From assembly GCA_047601445.1 (NCBI GenBank), contig JASGJH010000001.1, positions 5,376,001 through 5,440,000 of the forward strand: a stretch of 64,000 nt of DNA, in the 5' to 3' direction. Shown in pieces: positions 19,445-29,140 of the stretch (its first letter is position 1; each line of letters starts with the position of its first letter). Below the pieces are notes generated by a model. The model saw nothing but the letters and a program-made list of their open reading frames with translations. It was not told where the DNA came from and made no database searches. The DNA is from Myxococcales bacterium (GTDB lineage: Bacteria; Myxococcota_A; Polyangia; Polyangiales; DASUME01). Both the position numbers and the translations under genes were made by a program.

Positions 19445-19754
19445 GAGGGTGCAGGAATTCCGTGCAACTTGCGTTCAGGCGGCTAGACGTCCTTCGAAGA
19501 CAAAGTCGAGATGCGCTACTGCGGAACTCCATTCTTTGGGTGCTTTCCAGCGCTCCTCGGCGTTCTGGATGGCCAGGAAGAACAGCTTGACGACGGCGGC
19601 GTCGTTTGGGAAGGCCCGCGATTGCGCGTTACCTTGCGCAGCTGGGAGTTCAGGGACTCGATTCGCTTCGAGTTCGACCAACGTCTCGGCCGCCGAGGCC
19701 TCGTTCTCGGCCGTGTAGAGCGGTGGTCCCGTCCACAAAATTCCTGACACCACC
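19445..19754 (-). mobile_element. internally deleted IS256-family element (about 310 bp)
   Basis: Transposase C-terminus IESLNSQLRKVTRNRG/FPNDAAVVKLFFLAIQN...W (frameshifted); imperfect terminal IRs GAGGGTGCAGGAATTCCGTGCA and GGTGGTGTCAGGAATTTTGTGGA. Confidence 0.75.
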
Positions 19755-19784
19755 CGCAAGCCGCAGCCGGCAAGCGGCGGGTGG

Positions 19785-21227
19785 TGTGCAACCGGAGACG
19801 TCGGTAACCAGAGGTGCCAGAGGCCGTCGTCGAGGGGCTCCAGGCCGACGCATTCGCGCTGCAGGACCGTGCGAGGGTGATGGTCTGGTCGCGCATGGAG
19901 ATGTTGCCGTTGGCTTTCACGCGGCGGGTTTCAAACTGGGGCGGTACTCGGGGTCTCCCGCATGCTCGTCGTAAGGGCGGGGGCTACGGGCATGCCTGGA
20001 AGCTGGCGTCTGCATGCCGAGAGCCTCGTGAGGGCGTTCGTGGTTGAACTCCTGACGCCAGGCCGCGAGCGCCAGCTTTTGAGCTTCCCAGTCGCTTCTG
20101 GGCGGTGAAACCGTCTCGGCTTTGAGGGTGCGGTGCATCCTCTCGTGCCGGCCGTTCTGCTGCGGGCAACCAGGCTCGATCCGCTCCGGAAGGATCCCGC
20201 GCTTGATCCACCACACCGATAGCTGTGACATCCCCCCGATGCCCGTGGAGGCAAAGGGGCGGCCGTTGTCGCTCCGCATCCGCAGTGGCAACCCAAACTC
20301 CCGGAACGCGCTCTCGAACACCGCCTTGGAAGTTTCGAAACGCTCGGCCTCGAGTGGCTCGCTACGAAGCACAAATCGACTGCACGCATCCGTGATGGTG
20401 AGGGGATGGCAATACTTGCGGTCGACCCTGAACTTGCCTTTGAAATCGCTGCACCAAACCACGTTGGGCGCCGTCGCGGCGGCTAAGGGGAACGATGATT
20501 GAGGAGTCCGGTTTCGCGGCCGCCGCTGCTTCACGAGGCCCTCGCGCTTCAGCAAGGCCGACATCGTGCTGGAAGCGGGCAGGACGAGCTCCGGGTTGTC
20601 GCGCCTGAGCAGCGCGTGGAGCTTCTTCGGCCCCCATGTCGGGTGCGCCACTCTCGCCGTGATGATGAGGCCTCGAATTTCCGCGGGCGTAAGTCGGCTC
20701 AGCACGTGGGGCCGACTTGAGCGGTCGACGAGGTTCGTCACGTCGCCGTCGAGAAACCGCTGCTCCCATTTGTACCCCGTTTTGCGGGATATCCCGAACT
20801 CGCGGCAGAGCTCGGACATGGGTTGGTCACCACGTAGTCGTGCGCGTACGAAGGCTTCTCGCTGGTCCACAGTACTTTGCTCTTTCCACGACATCGCCGG
20901 AGCGTGCCGCTTTGCGAGCCAAGCCCTTGGTTCCTCCCGCGTTGTCACCCCGCTGCTGCAACCCGTTTCCCAGGCCTCCGAGTTTCGGAGACGAGCTGGT
21001 TGGGCTCAGCGACGACCTCTCAGCGCCTTGGCGACCAGGTGCCCAGGGCTGGCGACCAGGTCTCAAGGAGTACGGGAGTGACGTCTTGAGAGGTGTCGAC
21101 AACCTCTTCGGAGCCCGCTCACCGGGTCCGAAGAGTGGCGACAACCTCGCGCGATCGTGGGGACGGCGCGGCAGGACTGTTACCAAGGTCTCGAGATAAT
21201 CTGCAACCAACGTATCAGGGTCGTACC
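19785..21227 (-). mobile_element. IS481-family insertion sequence, decayed
   Basis: Transposase inside; right end reads GTTACCGACGTCTCCGGTTGCACA; left end has TGTTACCAAGGTCTCG-type repeats. Confidence 0.75.
19810..20894 (-). pseudogene. IS481-family DDE transposase with frameshifted and truncated C-terminus
   Basis: MSWKE...LCREFGISRKTGYKW, WGPKKL, PNVVWCSDFKG, RSDNG.PF, PQQNGRHERMHRTLK, FNHERPHEAL; the C-terminal part (RRVKANG...VGLEPLDDGLW) lies in shifted frames. Confidence 0.88.
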
Positions 21228-21586
21228 TGGCAGATGGCCGATGGCCGCTCGCAGATGGCAGATGGCCGCTCGCAGATGGCAGATGGCCGCTCGCAGATGG
21301 CAGATGGCCGCTCGCAGATGGCAGATGGCCGATGGCGCATGGCCGATGGCGGATGGCAGATGGCCGATGGCCGCTCGCAGATGGCCGATGGCCGATGGCC
21401 GCTCGCAGATGGCCGATGGCCGCTCGCAGATGGCCGATGGCCGCTCGCAGATGGCGGATGGCTGATGGCTGATGGCCGATGGCTGATGGCCGATGGCCGA
21501 TGGCTGATGGCCGATGGCCGATGGCTGATGGCCGATGGCTGATGGCCGATGGCTGATGGCTGATGGCCGATATCAGATATCAGATT
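21228..21586. repeat. heptamer tandem array (GATGGCC/GATGGCT/GCTCGCA)n, inverted relative to the 19081 array
   Basis: GATGGCC is the reverse complement of GGCCATC. Confidence 0.95.
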
Positions 21587-21591
21587 GCCCG

Positions 21592-22644
21592 CTATTTCGA
21601 TGATTGAGAATCAGACAGAGGCATGATGTTGGTGTGGGTAACAACTCCGCCCACCACCAGCAGATCATCGGAACGACCGATCAGCGTGCCTTCTCGAAAG
21701 GCCAACACGCTGTAGGTTCCAGGAGGAATGTTGGCGAATCCGCCGAGGGCGGCGTTCTGGGTGGTACTTCCCTCGCTGACGGGTACAGGAAAGCTTCCGG
21801 GGATGGTATAGGGAACGCCGTCCGCGTCGTCCGATACTTCGGCGCCTCCGCGATAGAGGCGAAACTCCACGTCTGGCAAGCGAGCCGCCGAACAGCCGAG
21901 CATCACCGCGGAGAGGGTACCGAGCCCGGGGTCGATGGAGAGACCTCCGAGAACCGCGAGCATGCTCGTGTATTCATCCTTGCCTAACACCGACACCGAG
22001 AGCTCGTAGTTCTCCACGATGGGCGCGCCCTCGAAGTACAGTAGCTCCTGGACCTCCGCACCGGTGACGCGCACGTAGGGCCGCGCCTTGGACCCCAGCG
22101 ACCAGCGATAAGACAGTGAGACGGGCACCGGTTCGCTCACGGCGACGGAGGGTTCGCAAGGTTGGCTCGGGGAGAAGCACACCTCGAGCGTGGCGGCGCG
22201 GAAGTTGCCGTCCTTGAATGCGGAGAGGCTCGCGGTGAAGTGCGTGGGCGCCTTGCTGTCCGGATCCGGCCAGTGATAGCGACCGAGGCAGCTCAGCTCG
22301 TGTTCGCGCAGGGCGCATGCTTCGTAGCACTGGCTGATGGTGCAGTTCGCGAACGCGCGGTGGATGGGCGAGTACACGCCGCAGGCGGGCGTGGGTGGAT
22401 AGCAGGTCTTGAAGGTCTGAAAGCAACGGGGATCCTCGGCACAGGCCTGCTCTGCGCTGCTGCAGCTGGTGGCCACGCAGTCATCGCAGGCCTCCCCGGC
22501 GGTCTCGGGCAACCAGTGCCCGTGTTGCTCTTGCAATGCGTCCACATCGTGACGACAGCTCGACAACAGCAGGGGGCCGACGAGACCTGCCGTGCGTGCG
22601 ATGCATGCGATGGCGACGCTCGAGCCACGACGAACGGAGCTCAT
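21592..22644 (-). CDS. Cys-rich lipoprotein with C-terminal carboxypeptidase-regulatory-like beta domain
   Basis: LLLSS-C lipobox; CxxC..C repeats; GGFANIPPGTYSV; ATGA-coupled to the upstream gene. Confidence 0.75.
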   Translation of the reverse strand: MSSVRRGSSVAIACIARTAGLVGPLLLSSCRHDVDALQEQHGHWLPETAGEACDDCVATSCSSAEQACAEDPRCFQTFKTCYPPTPACGVYSPIHRAFANCTISQCYEACALREHELSCLGRYHWPDPDSKAPTHFTASLSAFKDGNFRAATLEVCFSPSQPCEPSVAVSEPVPVSLSYRWSLGSKARPYVRVTGAEVQELLYFEGAPIVENYELSVSVLGKDEYTSMLAVLGGLSIDPGLGTLSAVMLGCSAARLPDVEFRLYRGGAEVSDDADGVPYTIPGSFPVPVSEGSTTQNAALGGFANIPPGTYSVLAFREGTLIGRSDDLLVVGGVVTHTNIMPLSDSQSSK

Positions 22645-23615
22645 GGCGTGGATCCTCGATGGGAGAGTTGGGCCGCCGCAACGGGCCAACGCGGTAGCCA
22701 GACATGCTGCTCTGGTGCCCGCGCGCGTGTGCCCTCCAGCGTCCACATCACGAGCGCGGACACGCCCAGGGCACCGCCGACTCCCCACAGCACGTGACTC
22801 GTGCGATCGAGCCGCTGCACCGTATCTCCGCCTGGCACATGGTCGAAGCACGGCATGCGCGCGCAGCGGTGCTCGAGCTCCGCGTACTTGGCATCGGCCA
22901 GAAGCCAGCTGGTGGTCGCGGCGCCCAGCGCGAGCGGCGTAAGCACCGTGGTCAACCAGGCCCACACCCGCACGTTCGCAAGGGTGGACGCAACAGGCGC
23001 TGTGTTGGAAGTCGGCGCAGCGAGGATCGGGAGCGGCTCGGACGAGAGGCTGAGCTCGATGCTGCTCGGCGCAGGCAAGTTCACGTTGAGCATGCGCTCC
23101 CCGTTCTGATATCCAGCCGCCACAGCGCGCAGGTGATGGGTCCCCAGAGTCAGCACCAGGTGTCCCTCGCGATCGATGGCGGCTGGCCCCCCGTCGACGG
23201 TGAGGACCATCTCGCGGGGGCGGGCCACCACGCGCACACGGCTTACGTAGCGCGCTGCGCGCTCAAGCAGTCCTCGCACTTGCTCGCGCAGCGTGGCGTC
23301 GAGCGGCTGACGGGGGTCGTCGAGCGCAACCTCGAGCTCCACCACGGCGCGCGCGTAGATGCCGAGGTTGAAGTCCACCATGCCAAGCCCGCGCAACGTG
23401 CGCGCGCTCGGGCGCACCGCATGGGCCTGCTCGAACAACAGCCGCGCCTCGGCCCAGTGTCGCGCATCGAACTCGGCCAGCGCCTCGGCGATCAAGCCCT
23501 GGTAATTCACGTCGGAGGCGCTCAGTGCGGCCTCGGGCGACGGGGTCGGGTCGGCGTCGGCCGCCGCCTGGCTGACCACGAGAAGCGCCACGCAGAGAAT
23601 CCACACCTTCGTCAT
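22641..23615 (-). CDS. TPR + PEGA domain exported protein
   Basis: Signal peptide; EARLLFEQAHAVRPSARTLRGLGMVDFNLGIY; PEGA-like segment; two C-terminal hydrophobic helices; paralog of 9389-10297. Confidence 0.8.
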   Translation of the reverse strand: MTKVWILCVALLVVSQAAADADPTPSPEAALSASDVNYQGLIAEALAEFDARHWAEARLLFEQAHAVRPSARTLRGLGMVDFNLGIYARAVVELEVALDDPRQPLDATLREQVRGLLERAARYVSRVRVVARPREMVLTVDGGPAAIDREGHLVLTLGTHHLRAVAAGYQNGERMLNVNLPAPSSIELSLSSEPLPILAAPTSNTAPVASTLANVRVWAWLTTVLTPLALGAATTSWLLADAKYAELEHRCARMPCFDHVPGGDTVQRLDRTSHVLWGVGGALGVSALVMWTLEGTRARAPEQHVWLPRWPVAAAQLSHRGSTP

Positions 23616-23620
23616 GGACG

Positions 23621-25075
23621 CTAGAACTCCGAGGAGTCGAGCTCGCCGGCGGGACTCAGTTCGCGCACCGGGGTCGGCGCAGAGGGGGCGGCCACGGACG
23701 GCGACGCAGCAGGCGGAGTTACAGAGACCGCCGCGCCGGATGCAACGGACCGCGCATCGGACACAGGCGTCACCGACTTGCGCTTGAGCTTGGGAACGAC
23801 CGCAGGCGAGGGCTCACTCGGGAGCGTAGGCGCTCGCTCGGTCTCGGCATCGGTAGGCGACGCCTGAGGCAATCCCGCCTCCGGGCGCGCGGCCGGCAAC
23901 GCTTCCGGTTCGATGCTGGGAAGCGCCGGCTCGCCCAGTAAGTGAGCCGGGCGCGCAACGTTTGGAGCCGCCGTTTTCACCTCCGCGGCCGGGCTGCGCT
24001 TGAGCAGGCTCGCCGCTGCGCCGAGCACCAGCAGCCCAAAGGCCAAGGCAAACCACATGCTGCGTCCGCGCGTGAGCTCGCCGTGGGCATACGACGCGCG
24101 GGCCTCCCCGAGCGTCGTATCCGACCCTTCGAGCCCGGATGGTGCATCGGTGCCGGCCGAGCCCGAGGCCGTGGTGGCGAGGGACAGAGGCAGGGAACTC
24201 GCGCCGTCGGAGCGGGGCAGCGCAGGAAAGGTTCGCGAGAGGAGCGCCGCGCGCAGCTCGGACGCAGTTTGAAAGCGCGCCGAGGGCTGCCGCGTCAAGC
24301 ACCGCTCGATGATCGCGCGCAGGTAGTCGGGTACGTCGGCGCGCAAGCTCGCCAGATCAGGCGGCAGATCGGAGGCGATGCTGAGCACCAACTCGGCGGG
24401 CGTCTCGGCCTGGAATGGCGGACGTCCTCCCAGGGCCTCGTACAGGATGGCTCCCGCGGCCCACAGGTCGCTGCGCGCGTCGGCGTGCTTGGCACTGCGC
24501 AACTGCTCGGGCGCCATGTAGTCCAGGGTGCCGAACACCTGGCCTGTATGCGTGAGCTCCGCGTGCTGCGCCGACGCGTGCTTGGCGACCCCGAAATCGA
24601 GCACCTTGAGGACGGGCGTTTCGCTACCGTCTCGCGCGAGAAACAAATTCCTCGGTTTTAGGTCACGATGCACGACACCCGCCTCATGCATCGCGATCAG
24701 GGCCTCCGACAGCTCTAGAAAAAGACCATGTGCATGCTCGACGCCGAGCACGCCGTAGCGTTTCATATGGACATACAGGTCCTCTCCATCGAGGAGCTCC
24801 ATGGCCAAGTAGTCGGTCTCACCGTCCGAGCCCACCTCGTAGATGCGCACCACGTTCCGATGTTGGATGCGCGCCGCGGCGCGCCCTTCCCGCACCAGCC
24901 GCTCACGGGCTTCCTGATCGCCCTGGGCACGCTCCGGCAGCACCTTGAGCGCCACGCGCCGTCCGAGCAGTCGATCTTCGGCCTCGTATACCTGGCCCAT
25001 TCCGCCAAACCCGAGCAAACGGACGACCGCATACTTGCCGTCTACTTCGTGCCCCGGATCGAGAAACCGGCCCAT
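23621..25075 (-). CDS. membrane Ser/Thr protein kinase (Pkn type)
   Basis: GFGGMGQV, HRDLKPRN, DFG, GTLDYMAPEQ; TM helix; tail ends AGELDSSEF. Confidence 0.95.
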   Translation of the reverse strand: MGRFLDPGHEVDGKYAVVRLLGFGGMGQVYEAEDRLLGRRVALKVLPERAQGDQEARERLVREGRAAARIQHRNVVRIYEVGSDGETDYLAMELLDGEDLYVHMKRYGVLGVEHAHGLFLELSEALIAMHEAGVVHRDLKPRNLFLARDGSETPVLKVLDFGVAKHASAQHAELTHTGQVFGTLDYMAPEQLRSAKHADARSDLWAAGAILYEALGGRPPFQAETPAELVLSIASDLPPDLASLRADVPDYLRAIIERCLTRQPSARFQTASELRAALLSRTFPALPRSDGASSLPLSLATTASGSAGTDAPSGLEGSDTTLGEARASYAHGELTRGRSMWFALAFGLLVLGAAASLLKRSPAAEVKTAAPNVARPAHLLGEPALPSIEPEALPAARPEAGLPQASPTDAETERAPTLPSEPSPAVVPKLKRKSVTPVSDARSVASGAAVSVTPPAASPSVAAPSAPTPVRELSPAGELDSSEF

Positions 25076-25303
25076 TCGACTTCGTTTCCTGGCGCTGCTG
25101 CGACTCGTGCCGCAGGCATCGCGATGGCTCTTTCCCGGCCTCTTACGACGGACAGGGCACGCGCCCTCCCCCCGCCCCACCGGACTACACCAAATATGCA
25201 GAGCTCGAACCCCGGCAACAGTCAGATTTTGCAACCGCAAGCCGCAATCACCCCAACCTCGGTCCACGTGGACTCTCCGGCGCGCTGACCCTAGGGTCTA
25301 TCC

Positions 25304-26626
25304 GTGGACGATCTCAGCGCCGCTCGACTGCAGATGGCGACCTCTCTGGGGTTTCACATCGTGTTTGCTTGCATCGGCATGACGATGCCCTGGCTGATGG
25401 CGGCAGCCCAATATCGATATTTGAGGACCCGCGAGGCCATCTATCTGGAGCTCGCGCGCGCCTGGGCCAAGGGAGTGGCGGTATTTTTCGCGGTCGGCGC
25501 CGTCTCCGGGACCGTGCTCTCGCTGGAGCTCGGCTTCCTCTGGCCGACCTTCATGCGACATGCCGGGCCCATCATCGGGCTGCCGTTCTCCTGGGAGGGC
25601 ACCGCGTTCTTCTTGGAGGCGGTGGCGCTCGGGCTCTTCCTCTATGGCTGGCAGCGCGTGCCTGAAAAAGTGCACTTCGCCTCGGGCATCCTGGTGGGCG
25701 TATGCGGCGTGGCCTCCGGGATCCTGGTGGTGTCCGCCAACGCCTGGATGAATAGTCCGGCCGGTTTCCGCTGGGTCGATGGGCAGGCCCTCGAGGTGGA
25801 CCCCGTGGCCGCCATGTTCAACGACGCCTGGGCGGCCCAGGCCATCCACATGACGCTCGCCGCGTTCGTGGCCACCGCCTTCGCCGCTGCCGGCGTGCAC
25901 GCCTCTCGCTTGTTGGTGCACCCGAACCACCCGCTCCACACCCGCGCGCTGCCCATCGCGCTCGCCTTCGCCAGCGTGAGCGCGCTCCTGCAGCCCCTGA
26001 GCGGAGACCACTCCGCCAAAGACGTGGCCCGCCGTCAGCCCGCCAAACTCGCCGCCATGGAGGCGCTCTACCGAACCGAGCGCGGCGCGCCCCTGCTCAT
26101 CGGAGGTTTGCCCGATGATCGCAGCGAGCAGGTCCATTTTGGCGTGGAGGTTCCCTATGCGCTCAGCGTGCTGGCCTTCGGCGACCCCGAGGCCGAAGTA
26201 CGAGGACTCACCAGCTTCCCACCCGACCTGCGTCCCCCAACCCTGATTTGCCACCTGGCTTTCCAGATCATGGTGGGGGCCGGCAGCGTGTTGGCCATGC
26301 TGGGGCTCGTCTACGCGTACTTTCGCCGGAAGCGCCTCCATGAGCAGCTGCCGCGCTGGTTCTTGCGCAGCCTCGCGCTCTGCACGCCGCTCGGGTTCTT
26401 GGCCGTGGAGGCCGGCTGGACGGTCACGGAGGTGGGGCGACAACCTTTCATCATCTACGGCGTGATGCGCACCAAGGACGCGGTCTCGCCCATGCCGGGA
26501 TTGATCTGGCCGCTCGTGATGTCGCTCGTGGTGTACGCCGTCCTGGTGACGGTGGTCACCGCCATCAGCGTGCGACTCGTGCGCACGCTCGAAGCCAAGC
26601 ACCTGCCCGGAGCCGAACATGGCTGA
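25304..26626 (+). CDS. cydA: cytochrome bd ubiquinol oxidase subunit I
   Basis: ARLQM...FHIVF, GAVSG..L..E, AFFLE, ANAWM..P.G, QPAKLAAME, EAGW..TEVGRQP. Confidence 0.95.
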   Translation: MDDLSAARLQMATSLGFHIVFACIGMTMPWLMAAAQYRYLRTREAIYLELARAWAKGVAVFFAVGAVSGTVLSLELGFLWPTFMRHAGPIIGLPFSWEGTAFFLEAVALGLFLYGWQRVPEKVHFASGILVGVCGVASGILVVSANAWMNSPAGFRWVDGQALEVDPVAAMFNDAWAAQAIHMTLAAFVATAFAAAGVHASRLLVHPNHPLHTRALPIALAFASVSALLQPLSGDHSAKDVARRQPAKLAAMEALYRTERGAPLLIGGLPDDRSEQVHFGVEVPYALSVLAFGDPEAEVRGLTSFPPDLRPPTLICHLAFQIMVGAGSVLAMLGLVYAYFRRKRLHEQLPRWFLRSLALCTPLGFLAVEAGWTVTEVGRQPFIIYGVMRTKDAVSPMPGLIWPLVMSLVVYAVLVTVVTAISVRLVRTLEAKHLPGAEHG

Positions 26627-27632
26627 GCTCGTGCTCCTGGTGACGCTGGTGGCCGTGGTGCTCTACGCGGTGTTCGGCGGCGCGGACTTTGGGGCCGGCA
26701 TCATCGAGCCGCTGCTGCCGCGCGCCTACCGCAGCAAGATCGACGCCGCGCTGCTGCCCGTGTGGGAGGCCAATCACGTCTGGCTGGTGATCGCCGCCGT
26801 GGTCTGCTTCGTCGCCTTCCCGCCGTTCTTCTCGGTCATCGCCACCTATCTGCACATCCCTATCCTGTTTCTGTTGCTGGGCATCGTGGCGCGCGGAAGC
26901 GCCTTCACCTTTCGGCACTACGACCCCGCCAGCACCGAACAAAGCGCGCACTACGCCTGGTACAGCTGGGTGTTCAGCTTCGGCAGCCTGCTCGCCCCAC
27001 TGTTCCTTGGCGTGATGGCCGCGGCGCTGGTGCAAGGCGAGCTACCCGACCCGAGCGCGCCGCCGTCAGGCTCCTTCTACACACTCTTCGTGGCGCCCTG
27101 GAACACGCCACTGTGCTGGCTCGCGGGCGTCTTCACGTGCGCCCTGTTCGCGTTCGAGGGTTCCGCCCTGTTGGCCGCCGAGTACGGGCGCGAGGACACG
27201 CGCTTGCCCTTGCTCGGGCTCACGCGGCGGCTGCACTTCGTGGCCATCGGAGCCGGCTTCTGCGTGCTCGTACTGCTTTGGCTTCAGCCGTGGGCCCGCA
27301 GCTTCTTCACGCGCCCACTCAGCCTGGGTGCGCTGCTCGCGGCCACCTTGCTGGTTCCTCTCGTCGCCTGGTCCTTCGGACACGGCAAGGTGTGGACGCT
27401 GCGCATCGCCACGGGCGCGCAGGTCGCGGCCGTGCTCGTGGGCTGCTTCGGCGCGCACTACCCGGTACTCGTCCGCTTCTCGAGTGGACGTACGCTCGAG
27501 CTCACCGAAGTGAGCGCGCCGCGCGCGACTCTCTACACCTTGCTCATCGCCCTCGGCGTGGGGCTCGCGCTGATTGGGCCCGCCCTGGTGTACCTACTCA
27601 AGGTGTTCAAGGGCACGCCCGCCGCGCGCTGA
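26619..27632 (+). CDS. cydB: cytochrome bd ubiquinol oxidase subunit II
   Basis: YAVFGGADFGAG, PVWEANHVWL, RG.AF.FR; overlaps cydA. Confidence 0.93.
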   Translation: MAELVLLVTLVAVVLYAVFGGADFGAGIIEPLLPRAYRSKIDAALLPVWEANHVWLVIAAVVCFVAFPPFFSVIATYLHIPILFLLLGIVARGSAFTFRHYDPASTEQSAHYAWYSWVFSFGSLLAPLFLGVMAAALVQGELPDPSAPPSGSFYTLFVAPWNTPLCWLAGVFTCALFAFEGSALLAAEYGREDTRLPLLGLTRRLHFVAIGAGFCVLVLLWLQPWARSFFTRPLSLGALLAATLLVPLVAWSFGHGKVWTLRIATGAQVAAVLVGCFGAHYPVLVRFSSGRTLELTEVSAPRATLYTLLIALGVGLALIGPALVYLLKVFKGTPAAR

Positions 27633-27653
27633 AGCGCGCCGTTCAGGCACAGC

Positions 27654-29015
27654 TTACTCGGCGACGTGTTGCGCAGACGCGTGCCGGGGGTGCGCGCGCA
27701 CCTTGAGTCCGCCCTTGGGCCGCAACGTGATCAAGCCCTCGGGCTCCAGGGGCCGAGCACTCAAGGGCTCGAAGCGAAAGTGCTGGGCCAGGTGAGCCAG
27801 CAAGATCTGCCCCTCCATCAGCGCGAAGTGGTTGCCGATGCACACGCGAGCACCGCCGCCGAAGGGCAGGTACGCCCCCTTGTTCCAGCGCTGGCTCTCT
27901 GCGGGCGCAAAGCGTTCCGGCTCGAAAGCCTGCGGATTCTCGAAATACTCGGGGTCACGCTGCATGCCGAGGATGTTCACGATCACGAGCTCTCCGCGCG
28001 ACACGCGCACGCCATCGATCTCCACGTCGCGCTGGGCGCGTCGGGTGAGCAGGTAGGCCGGCGGATAGAGTCGCATGGCCTCCTTGAGGACCTGCAGCGC
28101 ATAGGGAAGGTTCGGCAGGTCGTCCACGTTCGGGATGCGCCCGCCGAGCACGCGGTCGAGCTCTTGCTCGAGTCGCACACGCACCTCGGGATGGCGCGCC
28201 AAGAGGGCGAAGGTCCAGGTGAGCGCGTTGGCCGTGGTCTCGTGTCCCGCCAGCATCACCGTCATGGCTTCGTCGCGCACCTGCTTGTCGGCCATGCCGC
28301 CCTGGTCGTCTGGTTCGCGGGCCAGCAAGAGCATGGAGAGCACGTCCCCACGATCGATCTCGCTCTTGCGGCGCTCTTCGATCAAGCGGTACACCACGCG
28401 GTCGAGGCGGCGTACCGCACGGCGCATGCGCAGGTTCTGCGGCGACGGAAAGCCGGGCGGCAGCGGCAACGCGGACGTGAGCTGGGCCATCATCGCATGC
28501 ATGGCCTCCGTGAGAGCCTCCCCCACTGCGGCGGCGTCACCGCTGACGTCCGCGTCGAACAGGGTCTTGCCCACGATTTCGAAGGTGAGCTGCATCATCT
28601 CCTCGGCCAGGTCGAGCTCCGCGTGCGGCGCGATGCGCTTGCGCGCGCGCTCCGCGTAGGTCCCGAAGGTCTCGGCATAGCCCGCGATGCGCTTGTGCAT
28701 GAAGGCCGGTGCGAGCAGGCGACGCTGGCGCTTGTGGAAGGCCCCCTCGCTGGTCAACAGCCCCTCGCCCAACATCGGCTTGGCGAAGATCGAGAGCCCG
28801 AAGCCCTTGTGGAACGCGTCTGCGTGCTCCACCAACACGCCGTGGGCGAAACCGGGCGTGCTCACGAGCAGAGCCGGAAACACGCCCATCCGCAGGCGCG
28901 CGAGCGGGCCCACGTCGCGCACGGCGCGCAGCAAGAGACCGACGCGGTCTTCGCGCAGCTCCGCCAGGTTGCCGAACAACATACCGCCAGGAACGCGGGG
29001 TAGGTCCGTGCGCAT
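27654..29015 (-). CDS. cytochrome P450
   Basis: AGHETTA, EAMRLYPP, FEPERF, PFGGGARVCIG. Confidence 0.95.
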   Translation of the reverse strand: MRTDLPRVPGGMLFGNLAELREDRVGLLLRAVRDVGPLARLRMGVFPALLVSTPGFAHGVLVEHADAFHKGFGLSIFAKPMLGEGLLTSEGAFHKRQRRLLAPAFMHKRIAGYAETFGTYAERARKRIAPHAELDLAEEMMQLTFEIVGKTLFDADVSGDAAAVGEALTEAMHAMMAQLTSALPLPPGFPSPQNLRMRRAVRRLDRVVYRLIEERRKSEIDRGDVLSMLLLAREPDDQGGMADKQVRDEAMTVMLAGHETTANALTWTFALLARHPEVRVRLEQELDRVLGGRIPNVDDLPNLPYALQVLKEAMRLYPPAYLLTRRAQRDVEIDGVRVSRGELVIVNILGMQRDPEYFENPQAFEPERFAPAESQRWNKGAYLPFGGGARVCIGNHFALMEGQILLAHLAQHFRFEPLSARPLEPEGLITLRPKGGLKVRAHPRHASAQHVAE

Positions 29016-29091
29016 CGAGTGCTCCTCCTTTGTGCGCCGCCATCGAGGGGACGGTTTTTCGCTTTTTCGATTTCTGGCTACGTCTTTCACT

Positions 29092-29124
29092 ATGCGAGCT
29101 ATCGCTCATGTTTCATACTCGCAT
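29092..29124. promoter_or_regulatory. putative TetR operator, ATGCGAG-N19-CTCGCAT
   Basis: Inverted repeat in the AT-rich spacer between the divergent P450 and TetR genes. Confidence 0.55.
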
Positions 29125-29140
29125 TGGGGAGCGCTCGAAG

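Noticed and set aside
18415..21542. MADGRW-repeat ORFs
   Set aside because: Translations of the non-coding heptamer arrays, open in several frames.
19081..21586. Possible CRISPR array
   Set aside because: 7-bp tandem units with no unique spacers and no cas genes.
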